A DNA stretch of 64,000 bases from NCBI GenBank assembly GCA_027022365.1, contig JALVYU010000011.1:1-64000 (forward strand), given 5' to 3'. Under the pieces are notes generated by a model, which saw only the letters and a program-made list of their open reading frames with translations, ran no database searches and was not told the origin of the DNA. Each line of letters begins with the position of its first letter. Position 1 is the first letter of the stretch. The stretch is from Desulfurococcales archaeon (GTDB taxonomy: Archaea; Thermoproteota; Thermoprotei_A; Sulfolobales; Desulfurococcaceae). The translations under genes and the position numbers were made by a program. Shown in pieces: positions 27,837-36,841 of this stretch.

Positions 27837-29054
27837 TTATGGCTCGTTCTCGAAGTGGATCGCTCTAGTTGGACATACACTGGTACAGAGTCCACAGCCG
27901 TAGCACTTATCTACATTTACGGTTGCTATACGCTTACCTTCCTCGGTAACGATAACTTTGGCCGCACCATAATCACATACCTGTTCACAGAATCCGCACC
28001 CGATACATTTCTTGGCATCGACGACTGGTGGTTTGGCCCATGTTCTCCTAGGCTCTGGGCCGAGATACTTCAGTGCTAGGCCTTTGACATCTAGGATGCT
28101 GTCATAACCATGTCTTCTGAGCCACTGGTCTATCTCCTTGGCTATTCTCTTGAAGATTCCTGGGCCCTCAATAAGGACGGCTGTACATATCTGGACGGCT
28201 GATGCGCCTGCCATGAAGTACTCTATAACATCTGTACCCTTTGTTATTCCGCCTACACCGATTATTGGTAGATTAGTGTTCTTAGCGGCTTCTGCAACCA
28301 CAGCGAGAGCTAGGGGTTTTAGTGCTGGGCCGCTCATCCACCCGTATCCCTTGGGGCCTCCTACAATGGGGAGCCCCGTCTCGATATCAATGTGTAGTGC
28401 TGGGCCAATGGTGTTTGTCGCGACTATTCCGTCAACACCTACTTTCTCGAGCTCTTTAACGAGCTCCGGTATGTTTGGTGTGAATGGGCTGAGCTTGGCT
28501 AAGATCGGTATGTCAACGGCTTCTCTTAGAGCTTTTGCAGCCTCTACTACGGGCCTGTAGTCTTTGCCTATGTAGTGTGTTGAGAACTCTATGGCTTCGG
28601 CGCCCGCTTTCTGTACCTTGGGCCCTAGGAGAGCTAGTTCTTCCGGCTTATAGCCTATACTGACTATGAATGGCACACCCTTCTGCTTAGCGTACTCTCT
28701 GACTATCGGGTATTCTCTCTCAAGATAATGCTCTGCCGGGATATCGCTCCACAGCTCGGCATTGAGTAGTGCATATATGAATCTATAGTTGCCACTGTCC
28801 GCGTTAACAATCCTTATGTCGCCGGGACCATAGGTTTTCAGTATTTGAGCTCTTACCAGTCCCCTATCTACAACACCCATGCTTGGACGCGGTACTATTG
28901 CTGGTTTAACGCTTATGGTCTTGGCGACAACCGCGCCAACACCGTTGTCGATCAGTATCTTCATGGTTTCCGCGTCTCTAGATATAGGACAAGCGGCATT
29001 CATTAATGGGTTCTTTAGCTTTAGACCTGCTATCTCGACTTCAAGGCTGGGCAT
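27837..29054 (-). CDS. DHODH/PreA-like FMN oxidoreductase with C-terminal 2x[4Fe-4S] domain
   Basis: AGLKLKNP, VAKT, KLSP, ATNT, SGPALKP, GVGGI, GASAVQICT; CIGCGFCEQVC and CYGCGLCTSVCP. The usual SCP active-site loop is replaced by STHY. Confidence 0.82.
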   Translation of the reverse strand: MPSLEVEIAGLKLKNPLMNAACPISRDAETMKILIDNGVGAVVAKTISVKPAIVPRPSMGVVDRGLVRAQILKTYGPGDIRIVNADSGNYRFIYALLNAELWSDIPAEHYLEREYPIVREYAKQKGVPFIVSIGYKPEELALLGPKVQKAGAEAIEFSTHYIGKDYRPVVEAAKALREAVDIPILAKLSPFTPNIPELVKELEKVGVDGIVATNTIGPALHIDIETGLPIVGGPKGYGWMSGPALKPLALAVVAEAAKNTNLPIIGVGGITKGTDVIEYFMAGASAVQICTAVLIEGPGIFKRIAKEIDQWLRRHGYDSILDVKGLALKYLGPEPRRTWAKPPVVDAKKCIGCGFCEQVCDYGAAKVIVTEEGKRIATVNVDKCYGCGLCTSVCPTRAIHFENEP

Positions 29055-29303
29055 ACAATATACCCCCATGAGAACGAGTTGCACTATTAAATCATATTCG
29101 TGGTTTCTATATAAGCATCCCTATCAAATGACTACATGTGTGGTAGAAACCATTGGTTCATCTAATGTAAATGTTCAGAATCATGTTTTTAAACCGATTA
29201 GAAGAATATCCCCGGAAATAATATTGGATCCATGAGAATTTCTTATTAATGCACGAGAAAATGGTTTTCAAGATATGTGTTTTTTATAAAAAAGGTTCCT
29301 TAT

Positions 29304-29492
29304 TTAGCCACAGATCGGGTAGTCGTCCGGCACTTTAGCCCTGAAGTACTTACCGGTCTCAGGGTCCTGGAATAGTCCTACCTTAACGCCCTTCCTGCCC
29401 TTTGGGCTAAGCTGCCATACCTTCTTGGGTACTAGCTCTACCTCCTTTCCGCTGGGGGTCTTGACCTTGACTGCCTCGGTGCACGCGACCAT
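29304..29492 (-). CDS. creN7: Crenarchaeal chromatin protein Cren7
   Basis: [53 protein letters not shown] closely matches Cren7; GGTGA RBS before ATG 29492. Confidence 0.95.
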   Translation of the reverse strand: MVACTEAVKVKTPSGKEVELVPKKVWQLSPKGRKGVKVGLFQDPETGKYFRAKVPDDYPICG

Positions 29493-29713
29493 TGCTATCA
29501 CCGTACTATACATTAGAGTGTTATGGGTTATTTAACTTTTTCCTATCAGTATATAAAGGTTTAATACTGGACTATTACACTCTGTAAATTTTATGTAAAC
29601 TTTTTAGATTTGTATATTCATTAACATAGAATACCTATATGGATCATTGCATAGATCAGTATAAATATAGTGACATAAAAGAGTTATAAAAAATATAAAA
29701 ATGTATTGTCTAT

Positions 29714-31102
29714 TTATTTTTTGTCAAGAACATCCAGCTGGTACTTGCCCTCATTAAGTAGCCTGTCCCAGAGTCTCTCGACAACTTTGTGGACGTATTC
29801 GAGTGCTTTGGCCTCGTCTATTGTGAGGACTTTCCTGTCCTCCATAATTATTCTGCCATTAACAATTACTGTTTTAACGTCTTTGCCCGTAAACGTGTTG
29901 ACAATGTGACCATATACAGTCTTCTCATTAACAGGTGTTGGCGGTAGTTCTGGCCTAATTATTATGACATCGGCTTTCTTACCCGCTTCCAAGCTTCCGA
30001 GTTCTTTCTCTACACCGAACATTTTAGCGACGTTTATTGTCGCCATCTCAACGATCTCCTGTGGCGTCATGAGCCGTGGGTCGAGATTCCATACTTTGTG
30101 TATAAGGTAAGTTGTCCTCATGTTCTCGAACACATCGAAGATGTATCCATCATTGCCTATGCCGACGTTAATCCCCATCTTCATCATTAACGGTATTCTC
30201 GGTACACCTACTGCATTGAGCATGTTGCTCATGGCATTGTGTGCGACATGTGCTCCGCTTTCCTTTATAAGTTTCAGCTCGTCATCATTGGCGTGGACGA
30301 CATGTACTAGTATAACGTCCGGGCCTAGGAATCCGAGTTTGTGCATCCTCTCTATAGGTCTTATACCGTATCTTTCCATGTTATGATATACGTCTACAAG
30401 TCCTTCCTCCACATGTATTGAGAGCAGTGCACCGTATTTGTTGGCGATCTCACGGGCCATCCTGAAGAGGTCATCAGTCACGGTGAAGCTTGCATGTAAG
30501 TATATTGCGCCTTTCACAAGTTTTGACGGATCATTATTGTTTTTCTTAATGAAGCGCTCATTCTCCTTTACCCCTCTGATCCCCTCCTCAATGCTACGCC
30601 TCTGTGTGGCTTCAAATGTGAGTATTCCTCGTATACCGACCTCATTTACAGCTTTCTCCATGTGGTCGAGGACGCCCTCGATCGCATTAGGACTACTTAT
30701 GTTATCGAAGAACATTGTTGTCCCTGATTTGACGAAGTCGAGAGAACCTATGAGTGCGGCAGCATATGCGTCCTCATAGGTCAGCAGTACGTCCAGTGCC
30801 CACCATATTCTCTGCAGGTTCTGAATGAAGTCGGTGGGCGGCTCTATTTTGGCGAACCAGGGGCTTGCGCGTAGTAGTTCTCCGTAGAAATGAGTATGCG
30901 CACATAGGAATCCAGGCATTACTACTCCTTTCTTTGCATCGATCACTTTCTCAGCATCGTACTTGTCCTTGCCGTCTCCCTTACCTATGCCCACGATCTT
31001 GTCTTCGTCTATGGCGACGTAGCCATCGGGTATTATTCTGCGTTTATCGTCCATTGTTACTATTAGTCCATTGTTTATAAGAATCGAGACCTTCTCCTTC
31101 AT
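29714..31102 (-). CDS. ssnA: SsnA-like metal-dependent amidohydrolase
   Basis: HTHFY, LQRIWWALD, LHASFTV, HVEEG, LVHVVH and SNMLNAVG are SsnA-type features. Confidence 0.78.
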   Translation of the reverse strand: MKEKVSILINNGLIVTMDDKRRIIPDGYVAIDEDKIVGIGKGDGKDKYDAEKVIDAKKGVVMPGFLCAHTHFYGELLRASPWFAKIEPPTDFIQNLQRIWWALDVLLTYEDAYAAALIGSLDFVKSGTTMFFDNISSPNAIEGVLDHMEKAVNEVGIRGILTFEATQRRSIEEGIRGVKENERFIKKNNNDPSKLVKGAIYLHASFTVTDDLFRMAREIANKYGALLSIHVEEGLVDVYHNMERYGIRPIERMHKLGFLGPDVILVHVVHANDDELKLIKESGAHVAHNAMSNMLNAVGVPRIPLMMKMGINVGIGNDGYIFDVFENMRTTYLIHKVWNLDPRLMTPQEIVEMATINVAKMFGVEKELGSLEAGKKADVIIIRPELPPTPVNEKTVYGHIVNTFTGKDVKTVIVNGRIIMEDRKVLTIDEAKALEYVHKVVERLWDRLLNEGKYQLDVLDKK

Positions 31103-31255
31103 GATATCACCTTGCCTAAATGAAATCTTAGCGTGACGAAATTATAATCTTATCATGAAGAATGGCGAGAATGATCGATATTACGATTGACATTATTCCA
31201 TAAATAGTGAGGACTGTAAGGAGAAAGAGAAAAAGAATTGTGGGTTAAGACAATA

Positions 31256-32242
31256 TTACTGGTCGGGTATTATCCTTGTTCCTGCCTTGCCCTTGAGTGC
31301 CTCGTATGCCTGCGATAGATGAGCTATGATTGCCTGTTTACCGCCGTTCTTGATGAATCTTATTGCCGCTAGTACTTTGGGCCCCATGCTTCCAGGCTTG
31401 AAGTGGCCTTCCTTATAGTATTTCTCTGCTTCGCTAACAGTCATTACATCGATCGGCTTCTGCTGTGGTGTTCCATAGTTTAGGTATACTTTCTCAACGT
31501 CAGTAAGTATCATGAAGGTCCCGGCACCGATTGCTGTCGCCAGCCTCTCGCCGGCAAGGTCTTTGTCGATCACGGCTTCTACGCCGTGGAGCCATCCTTT
31601 ATCGTCAAAGTATACTGGGATTCCTCCTCCACCGCTGGCTATAACGATGAATCCTTCGTCGAGAAGCCTCTTTATAGCTTCTATCTCCACGTGTCCCTTG
31701 GGGTCTGGTGAGGGCACTACTCTTCTCCAGCCGCCGCGCGGGTCAGGCTTTACTGTCCAGCCGAATTCTTCTGCGAGCTTCTTAGCTTCTTCCTCATCGT
31801 ACCATGGCCCGATATACTTTGTCGGGTTCTGGAATGCTGGATCGTCTTTCTCAACTATGGTCTGCGTCACAATTGTGACAACTCCCTTGATCTTCCCGTT
31901 GTTGAGTAGTCCTTTCTCTTTGAGCTTGTTGTATAGGCTCTGCTGGATCAGGTATCCAAGCCATCCCTGGCTCATAGCGCCTGCGATGTCAAGAGTCATT
32001 ACATCCAGGTTCTTGAGCTTCTTGCCAGCAAGCATCCACTCTGCGATAATACCTACCTGTGGGCCGTTACCATGTGTGATTGCGACCTTGTAGCCCTCCT
32101 CGAGTATCTTTACGAGAAACTCGGCACTCTTGTAGGCGTTCTTCCAGTAGTTCTCGGGGGTGCCGCGTTCTCCCTTGGTCTGGAACGCGTTGCCACCAAA
32201 TGCGACGACTATGTACTTCTCCTTACGATCCATCTGGTACAC
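31256..32242 (-). CDS. arcC: Carbamate kinase
   Basis: [42 protein letters not shown] and GSMGPK. Confidence 0.96.
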   Translation of the reverse strand: MYQMDRKEKYIVVAFGGNAFQTKGERGTPENYWKNAYKSAEFLVKILEEGYKVAITHGNGPQVGIIAEWMLAGKKLKNLDVMTLDIAGAMSQGWLGYLIQQSLYNKLKEKGLLNNGKIKGVVTIVTQTIVEKDDPAFQNPTKYIGPWYDEEEAKKLAEEFGWTVKPDPRGGWRRVVPSPDPKGHVEIEAIKRLLDEGFIVIASGGGGIPVYFDDKGWLHGVEAVIDKDLAGERLATAIGAGTFMILTDVEKVYLNYGTPQQKPIDVMTVSEAEKYYKEGHFKPGSMGPKVLAAIRFIKNGGKQAIIAHLSQAYEALKGKAGTRIIPDQ

Positions 32243-32318
32243 CTTCTCGGCGTTTTTGCTAGTATATCTTTTCTTTTCAAGATAATATGGTTAAAAAATC
32301 CTAATGTGGCAGTATAGC

Positions 32319-33098
32319 CTAGATCATAAATCCCGGTAATCCGTCCGGTCTAAATGCTTTCCTAGGCTTTAATCCGTATCTCTTCATAAGATCTACGACG
32401 TGCGGGTAAAGGATAACGTATTCAGGATCTATTGACTCTGGAAGGCTAGGATCTATCGATTTAAGTTTCTCGACAAACCATTTAATGTTCTCAGGCTCTG
32501 AGAAGCTAAGCATTATTGCCGGGTATACCCTCTCGCCGGGCTCGAGACCCGCGTCGACTAGATTTTCGAGGGCTTTGAACTGATAATCGTAAAATTTCTT
32601 CGAAGCACCTGTCAGCCTCTCGAACTCATCGGGTGAAGCGCCTTTAAACGATACTCTTACGATAACCGATTTGTGGATCGCCAGTTTTTCCGCGAACTTC
32701 TTGTCACGGCCTATGAGGAGACCGTTTGTCTCTAGAACAAATAGGTAATCAGTCTCATCGACTATATCAAGTAGTTGTAATAGATGATTTTGTGAAAGCG
32801 TTGGCTCACCACCGCTTAGACGTAGATACTTGTACCCTCTTCTCGATGCAATATTAGTCAATCTATGGAAAACCTGATATGCATTATAGAATCTGCCATC
32901 CTTGTATCCATGGCTGTACCTCCATGACCAGCAGAACTTGCACCTAAGATTACATCCTACAACATCGCCTGTTGCTATACCTCCATACCACTTGCCCCCA
33001 CGAAACCTATAGTACATCCTATACTCCATGCCGTTCCTTACCCGCACAATTTTTCCTCTAACTTTCTCAGCAAGCATGAATGGATCGAATCCTGTCAT
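32319..33098 (-). CDS. Radical SAM protein of unknown function
   Basis: WYGGIATGDVVGCNLRCKFCWS, RLSGGEPT, LETNG and VSFKG. Confidence 0.85.
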   Translation of the reverse strand: MTGFDPFMLAEKVRGKIVRVRNGMEYRMYYRFRGGKWYGGIATGDVVGCNLRCKFCWSWRYSHGYKDGRFYNAYQVFHRLTNIASRRGYKYLRLSGGEPTLSQNHLLQLLDIVDETDYLFVLETNGLLIGRDKKFAEKLAIHKSVIVRVSFKGASPDEFERLTGASKKFYDYQFKALENLVDAGLEPGERVYPAIMLSFSEPENIKWFVEKLKSIDPSLPESIDPEYVILYPHVVDLMKRYGLKPRKAFRPDGLPGFMI

Positions 33099-34042
33099 AA
33101 CTCATTCCTCAGACAAGAACCAGGTTGTTCTAGAATGTGTGAGAATCGTATCAATATTGTCTCTACTGCACTGCTTCTACTCCTGCTTCTTGTCCTGAAC
33201 AGACAATATATGAGCGATTGTATAATACCTGTCAGGCTTCCAAGTTTCCTCTTTGCCGAGGCATAGATACAGCTAGTGCTGTATAGACAAGACCTGCAAT
33301 CCAATCCTGACCTTAAACATTTCTTCTTGTTCGGCACTCTACCGCTAACGCCTATAGTACTAAGGAATTCCATAAAATACCTGTCTACAGGAGCATAACT
33401 GGTTAATCCATATGTATGTAATAGGTATGCATGGACAGTCTTGACCCCGATTCCATCTAGCGAGAGTAGTTCGACGGCTTCTTCTATAGGATCATTTGCT
33501 TTGTCGAGGATCTTATCAAGATGAGCTATAAGTCTATTAAGTAGTTTCACCTGATACGATCCGGAGTCGACACTCCTGTGTTTAATGAATTCTTTCATCC
33601 ATCTCAGTGTATTAATATAGTAATCTGTATTCATACTAAGAACTATTGATGCGATTATGAATTTTTTATCGCCTGGCGACGAAGGAATACTTATTCTCCC
33701 AATACAATCTGGTGTAATATACCCGGATACTTTGTTCATAATACGAGGGTTAAGCCAAGCTCTTTCATAGGATTTCACGCCTAATAATGAAAATATATCC
33801 TCTAAATCACATTCCTTCGGCATTCTGCACATTAGTTCAAGTTTTTCTTTGATGTAATTACACATGAGGCCTTTACAAACACCAGTTGTTTTTGTAAATA
33901 CAAGTCTTCCGTCCTTATAATCCAGTTTGAAAAGCGGGAGCAAATATGAGTGGTAAAAGCTTAAGGCATAATCAATGCCTCTAACAATAATTTTATCGTC
34001 CTCAACTAAAACGGTCATGGCATAATATTTATTTCCTAGCAC
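33095..34042 (-). CDS. HhH-GPD DNA glycosylase-like protein with EndoIII-type Fe-S motif
   Basis: LLSLDGIGVKTV (HhH with Lys), APVD (catalytic Asp) and CLRSGLDCRSCLYSTSC (Cx6Cx2Cx5C). Confidence 0.7.
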   Translation of the reverse strand: MLGNKYYAMTVLVEDDKIIVRGIDYALSFYHSYLLPLFKLDYKDGRLVFTKTTGVCKGLMCNYIKEKLELMCRMPKECDLEDIFSLLGVKSYERAWLNPRIMNKVSGYITPDCIGRISIPSSPGDKKFIIASIVLSMNTDYYINTLRWMKEFIKHRSVDSGSYQVKLLNRLIAHLDKILDKANDPIEEAVELLSLDGIGVKTVHAYLLHTYGLTSYAPVDRYFMEFLSTIGVSGRVPNKKKCLRSGLDCRSCLYSTSCIYASAKRKLGSLTGIIQSLIYCLFRTRSRSRSSAVETILIRFSHILEQPGSCLRNEL

Positions 34043-34059
34043 ATGTTCTCCCCAATGAT

Positions 34060-34090
34060 AAAGAAGAGAAGAAAGTAAAGAAAAAAGAGT
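34060..34090 (-). terminator. Pyrimidine/U-rich archaeal terminator after the carbamoyltransferase gene
   Basis: Minus-strand CTCTTTTTTCTTTACTTTCTTCTCTTCTTT tract about 25 nt after the stop codon. Confidence 0.45.
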
Positions 34091-34115
34091 GTTGGAGTAT
34101 TGGTGGATAAAAGTT

Positions 34116-35186
34116 TTAGGCTTTGCTCCCCATCACCATGGCCATTACGGCCTTCTGGACGTGTAGACGGTTCTCGGCTTCCTCGAAGTAGAGGCTCTTC
34201 TCGTAACTGTCTAGTACTTCGTCTGTTACCTCCTGTCCACGATCTGCTGGTCCACAATGCATGTAGTACGGCTTGCCGGCCTTCTCTAGTCTCTCCATGG
34301 TCACTATCCAGTCCTTGAACTTGGCCTGATACTGCTTTGCGCCCTCCTTGTCTACAGTGCTGTTGAACGGTGGGAAGAAGCCCTTCGGGCTCCATGCCTT
34401 CGGGTATACGAAGGTGGCGCCCTCGAATGCCTCGTCCATATCGTGCGTTATCTTGAACTCTGCGCCCCAGTGCTCGGTGTACTTCTTCACCTTCTCGATC
34501 ACGTCGTCGAGTAGCTCGAAGCCTGGTGGGTGTGCAATGTATACGTCAGCACCTAGCATCGCGGCGATGAGCGCTACGCTCTGGGGTACTGCTAGAGGCT
34601 TTAGTCCTCCGCTATAGGCATAGCTGACAACGAACTTCTTTCCTCTCAGGTCCTTAGGCCAGCCCAGGGCCTCGAGAGCTGCCTGAGCGTCTGCTAGGGC
34701 CTGGAATGGATGGTAGATGTCGTCCTCCATGTTTAGGACTGGCACGCTTGCCCACTTGGCGAACTCCTGTATGATCCTGTGTCCACGGCCGATGATCCAC
34801 TTGGCCGGGTCACCATAGATTCTGATGGCGATTCCATCACCATATCTGCTTAGGACACGGGAGACATCACGGATAGCCTCGGTCTGATAAGGCACCATGT
34901 CTTCGGGTAGTGTGGGCGTGTATACGTCGTGTGGCGATATGAAGATACCCATACCGCCTAGCTGGTAGATTCCTGTTTGGAAGCTGTTCCTTGTTCTAAG
35001 GCTCTTATTGTAGAATATCAGGTATAGAACCTTGCCCGGCAGGTATTTTGTCTCGACTTTTTGATGGAACTTCTCCTTCAAGTCCTTGGCTGCTTCTAGT
35101 ACTTTGAGTATCGTATCGATATCATAGTCTGCATTGGAGAGCCAGTGCTTGCCTTCAAGATAACCTACATACCATGGTTTGCTCAT
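34116..35186 (-). CDS. Knotted carbamoyltransferase, YgeW/AOTCase-like
   Basis: SLRTR, HPFQALAD, YAYS..LKPLAVPQS, VYPKAW, HCGPADRG and EAENRLH; lacks the OTCase SMG motif. Confidence 0.8.
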   Translation of the reverse strand: MSKPWYVGYLEGKHWLSNADYDIDTILKVLEAAKDLKEKFHQKVETKYLPGKVLYLIFYNKSLRTRNSFQTGIYQLGGMGIFISPHDVYTPTLPEDMVPYQTEAIRDVSRVLSRYGDGIAIRIYGDPAKWIIGRGHRIIQEFAKWASVPVLNMEDDIYHPFQALADAQAALEALGWPKDLRGKKFVVSYAYSGGLKPLAVPQSVALIAAMLGADVYIAHPPGFELLDDVIEKVKKYTEHWGAEFKITHDMDEAFEGATFVYPKAWSPKGFFPPFNSTVDKEGAKQYQAKFKDWIVTMERLEKAGKPYYMHCGPADRGQEVTDEVLDSYEKSLYFEEAENRLHVQKAVMAMVMGSKA

Positions 35187-35341
35187 TTTGACTTCCCCAA
35201 CCAGATTTACTGTTCTTGTCTATTGTCTAGTCTTTGCTTAGATATAAATTGTATTTCTCTCCGTACTAGTCTTTGATAATAGGTGTTATTGAAGAATCTA
35301 TATAGCGTATAGAGATAATTTAGGCCCAAGTACCGGAGCCA

Positions 35342-36841
35342 GTGATCGCTATGAGGATTTCACGTCCCGCTAGAAGTATTGTAGGATTATGCCTACATAG
35401 CCCTGGAAACCCGTGCGAGAGAATTGGTCATCCAGAGCACTTGCTCATTCAATTATTCATCGATTACTTGAAGAAAAAAAGAATACCTAAGCAAATAGTC
35501 CTAGCATATTATCCTATAGCCTTTCTAGAAGTATTTGACGAGAAAGGAATATTGGTCGACGCATATACGCTTAAGAAGACAAAGATGCCTCTATGGTCTC
35601 CACCAATAACACTTCTGCTCAAATCTGTCGAGGAGATAGATACCTCATCCACGCATGATTTTATGAGAGGATTGAAGATAGTTAAGAGGCTTGCGACGGA
35701 GATCTATGCAGGAAAATACAGTGATATTGAGTACCAAGAAGTACCCGGCCTCATAACGGGAGGCATTAAAAATACCTTGGAGAATTTGTTCCCCATTGCC
35801 ACGACGACCGGCCTTACAGGCCTAATGCTCGAACATGACGAAGGATATAGGAGCACAAAATACGTTTATATAAGAACTATCACTTCGCTCGAAAACCTAA
35901 TGTCTTTGACTCAGCAGGCTCACTCACTACTATTCAGGAAGTATAAGGAATGGATAACAAATATAACGAGACATTATAACGAACGTTTCGGCGAATTAGA
36001 ACTAAGTCTTGAAGAGACGAGAAAGATTGTTGACTCGAATATCCAGAATTTTAGTATGAAGATGAATAATGAGATGAAACATATCGAAGAAAACTATCAT
36101 TACAAGATAGAAAAATTATTGTTCAGAAGCACTCAGATCCAACGTGAACTAACTGAGATCAAAAAGAAGATCTCTGACCCAACATATGTCGATAAAGAAG
36201 AACTCCTGAGAGAAGAACTGAAAAGGCTGGAGAGAGAAAGAAAGCTCATCCTCAATGAGATAGAGGAGCTAAGACGAGAGGCCGAATCAGAGATCGATCT
36301 TGTTAAGAGGAAGTACTACAAACTCATAACAAAGGAGAGGAACAAGTTACAAGTTCTTGTAAAAGAAAAAAGAAACATAGAGCGTGAGATGAAGGGCAAA
36401 GTCAACCGTATATACATGATGTTCAAGGATGTTGAGAAATGTATAGATTACATATCGTCCAAACTTGCTGGCTTCCGTCGGATCTACGAGGACGCAATGA
36501 TTCATAGCCCTGCTTTAGGCGAATCACTCTATTATCTAAATATTATCATCGCTTCCAACGAAAAGAATACTTGGATTGTCCCCTCCTATGATGTTGTCAT
36601 TGCTAACGGTAGTATCGGTATTTACAGGATCAAGGAGGTTGATAAAATTATCGAAACTGTTAAAAAGGATCTTACGAAAATAGTTCGTGCCGAGAAAGAT
36701 AGGGTACTCATTTATAGGATGAATGACCTTATCGAGCAGAAGAAGGCTAAACAAATTCTTCATCATTTGTTGAAAAAATATGGTCTTAACAAGGATGTCG
36801 AGACAAAAATAGATAGGTTCATAGGGAGGCTCTATGAGTAG
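35342..36841 (+). CDS. Hypothetical protein with a long central coiled coil
   Basis: 499 aa; the central region is E/K/R-rich with heptad periodicity. Confidence 0.6.
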   Translation: MIAMRISRPARSIVGLCLHSPGNPCERIGHPEHLLIQLFIDYLKKKRIPKQIVLAYYPIAFLEVFDEKGILVDAYTLKKTKMPLWSPPITLLLKSVEEIDTSSTHDFMRGLKIVKRLATEIYAGKYSDIEYQEVPGLITGGIKNTLENLFPIATTTGLTGLMLEHDEGYRSTKYVYIRTITSLENLMSLTQQAHSLLFRKYKEWITNITRHYNERFGELELSLEETRKIVDSNIQNFSMKMNNEMKHIEENYHYKIEKLLFRSTQIQRELTEIKKKISDPTYVDKEELLREELKRLERERKLILNEIEELRREAESEIDLVKRKYYKLITKERNKLQVLVKEKRNIEREMKGKVNRIYMMFKDVEKCIDYISSKLAGFRRIYEDAMIHSPALGESLYYLNIIIASNEKNTWIVPSYDVVIANGSIGIYRIKEVDKIIETVKKDLTKIVRAEKDRVLIYRMNDLIEQKKAKQILHHLLKKYGLNKDVETKIDRFIGRLYE

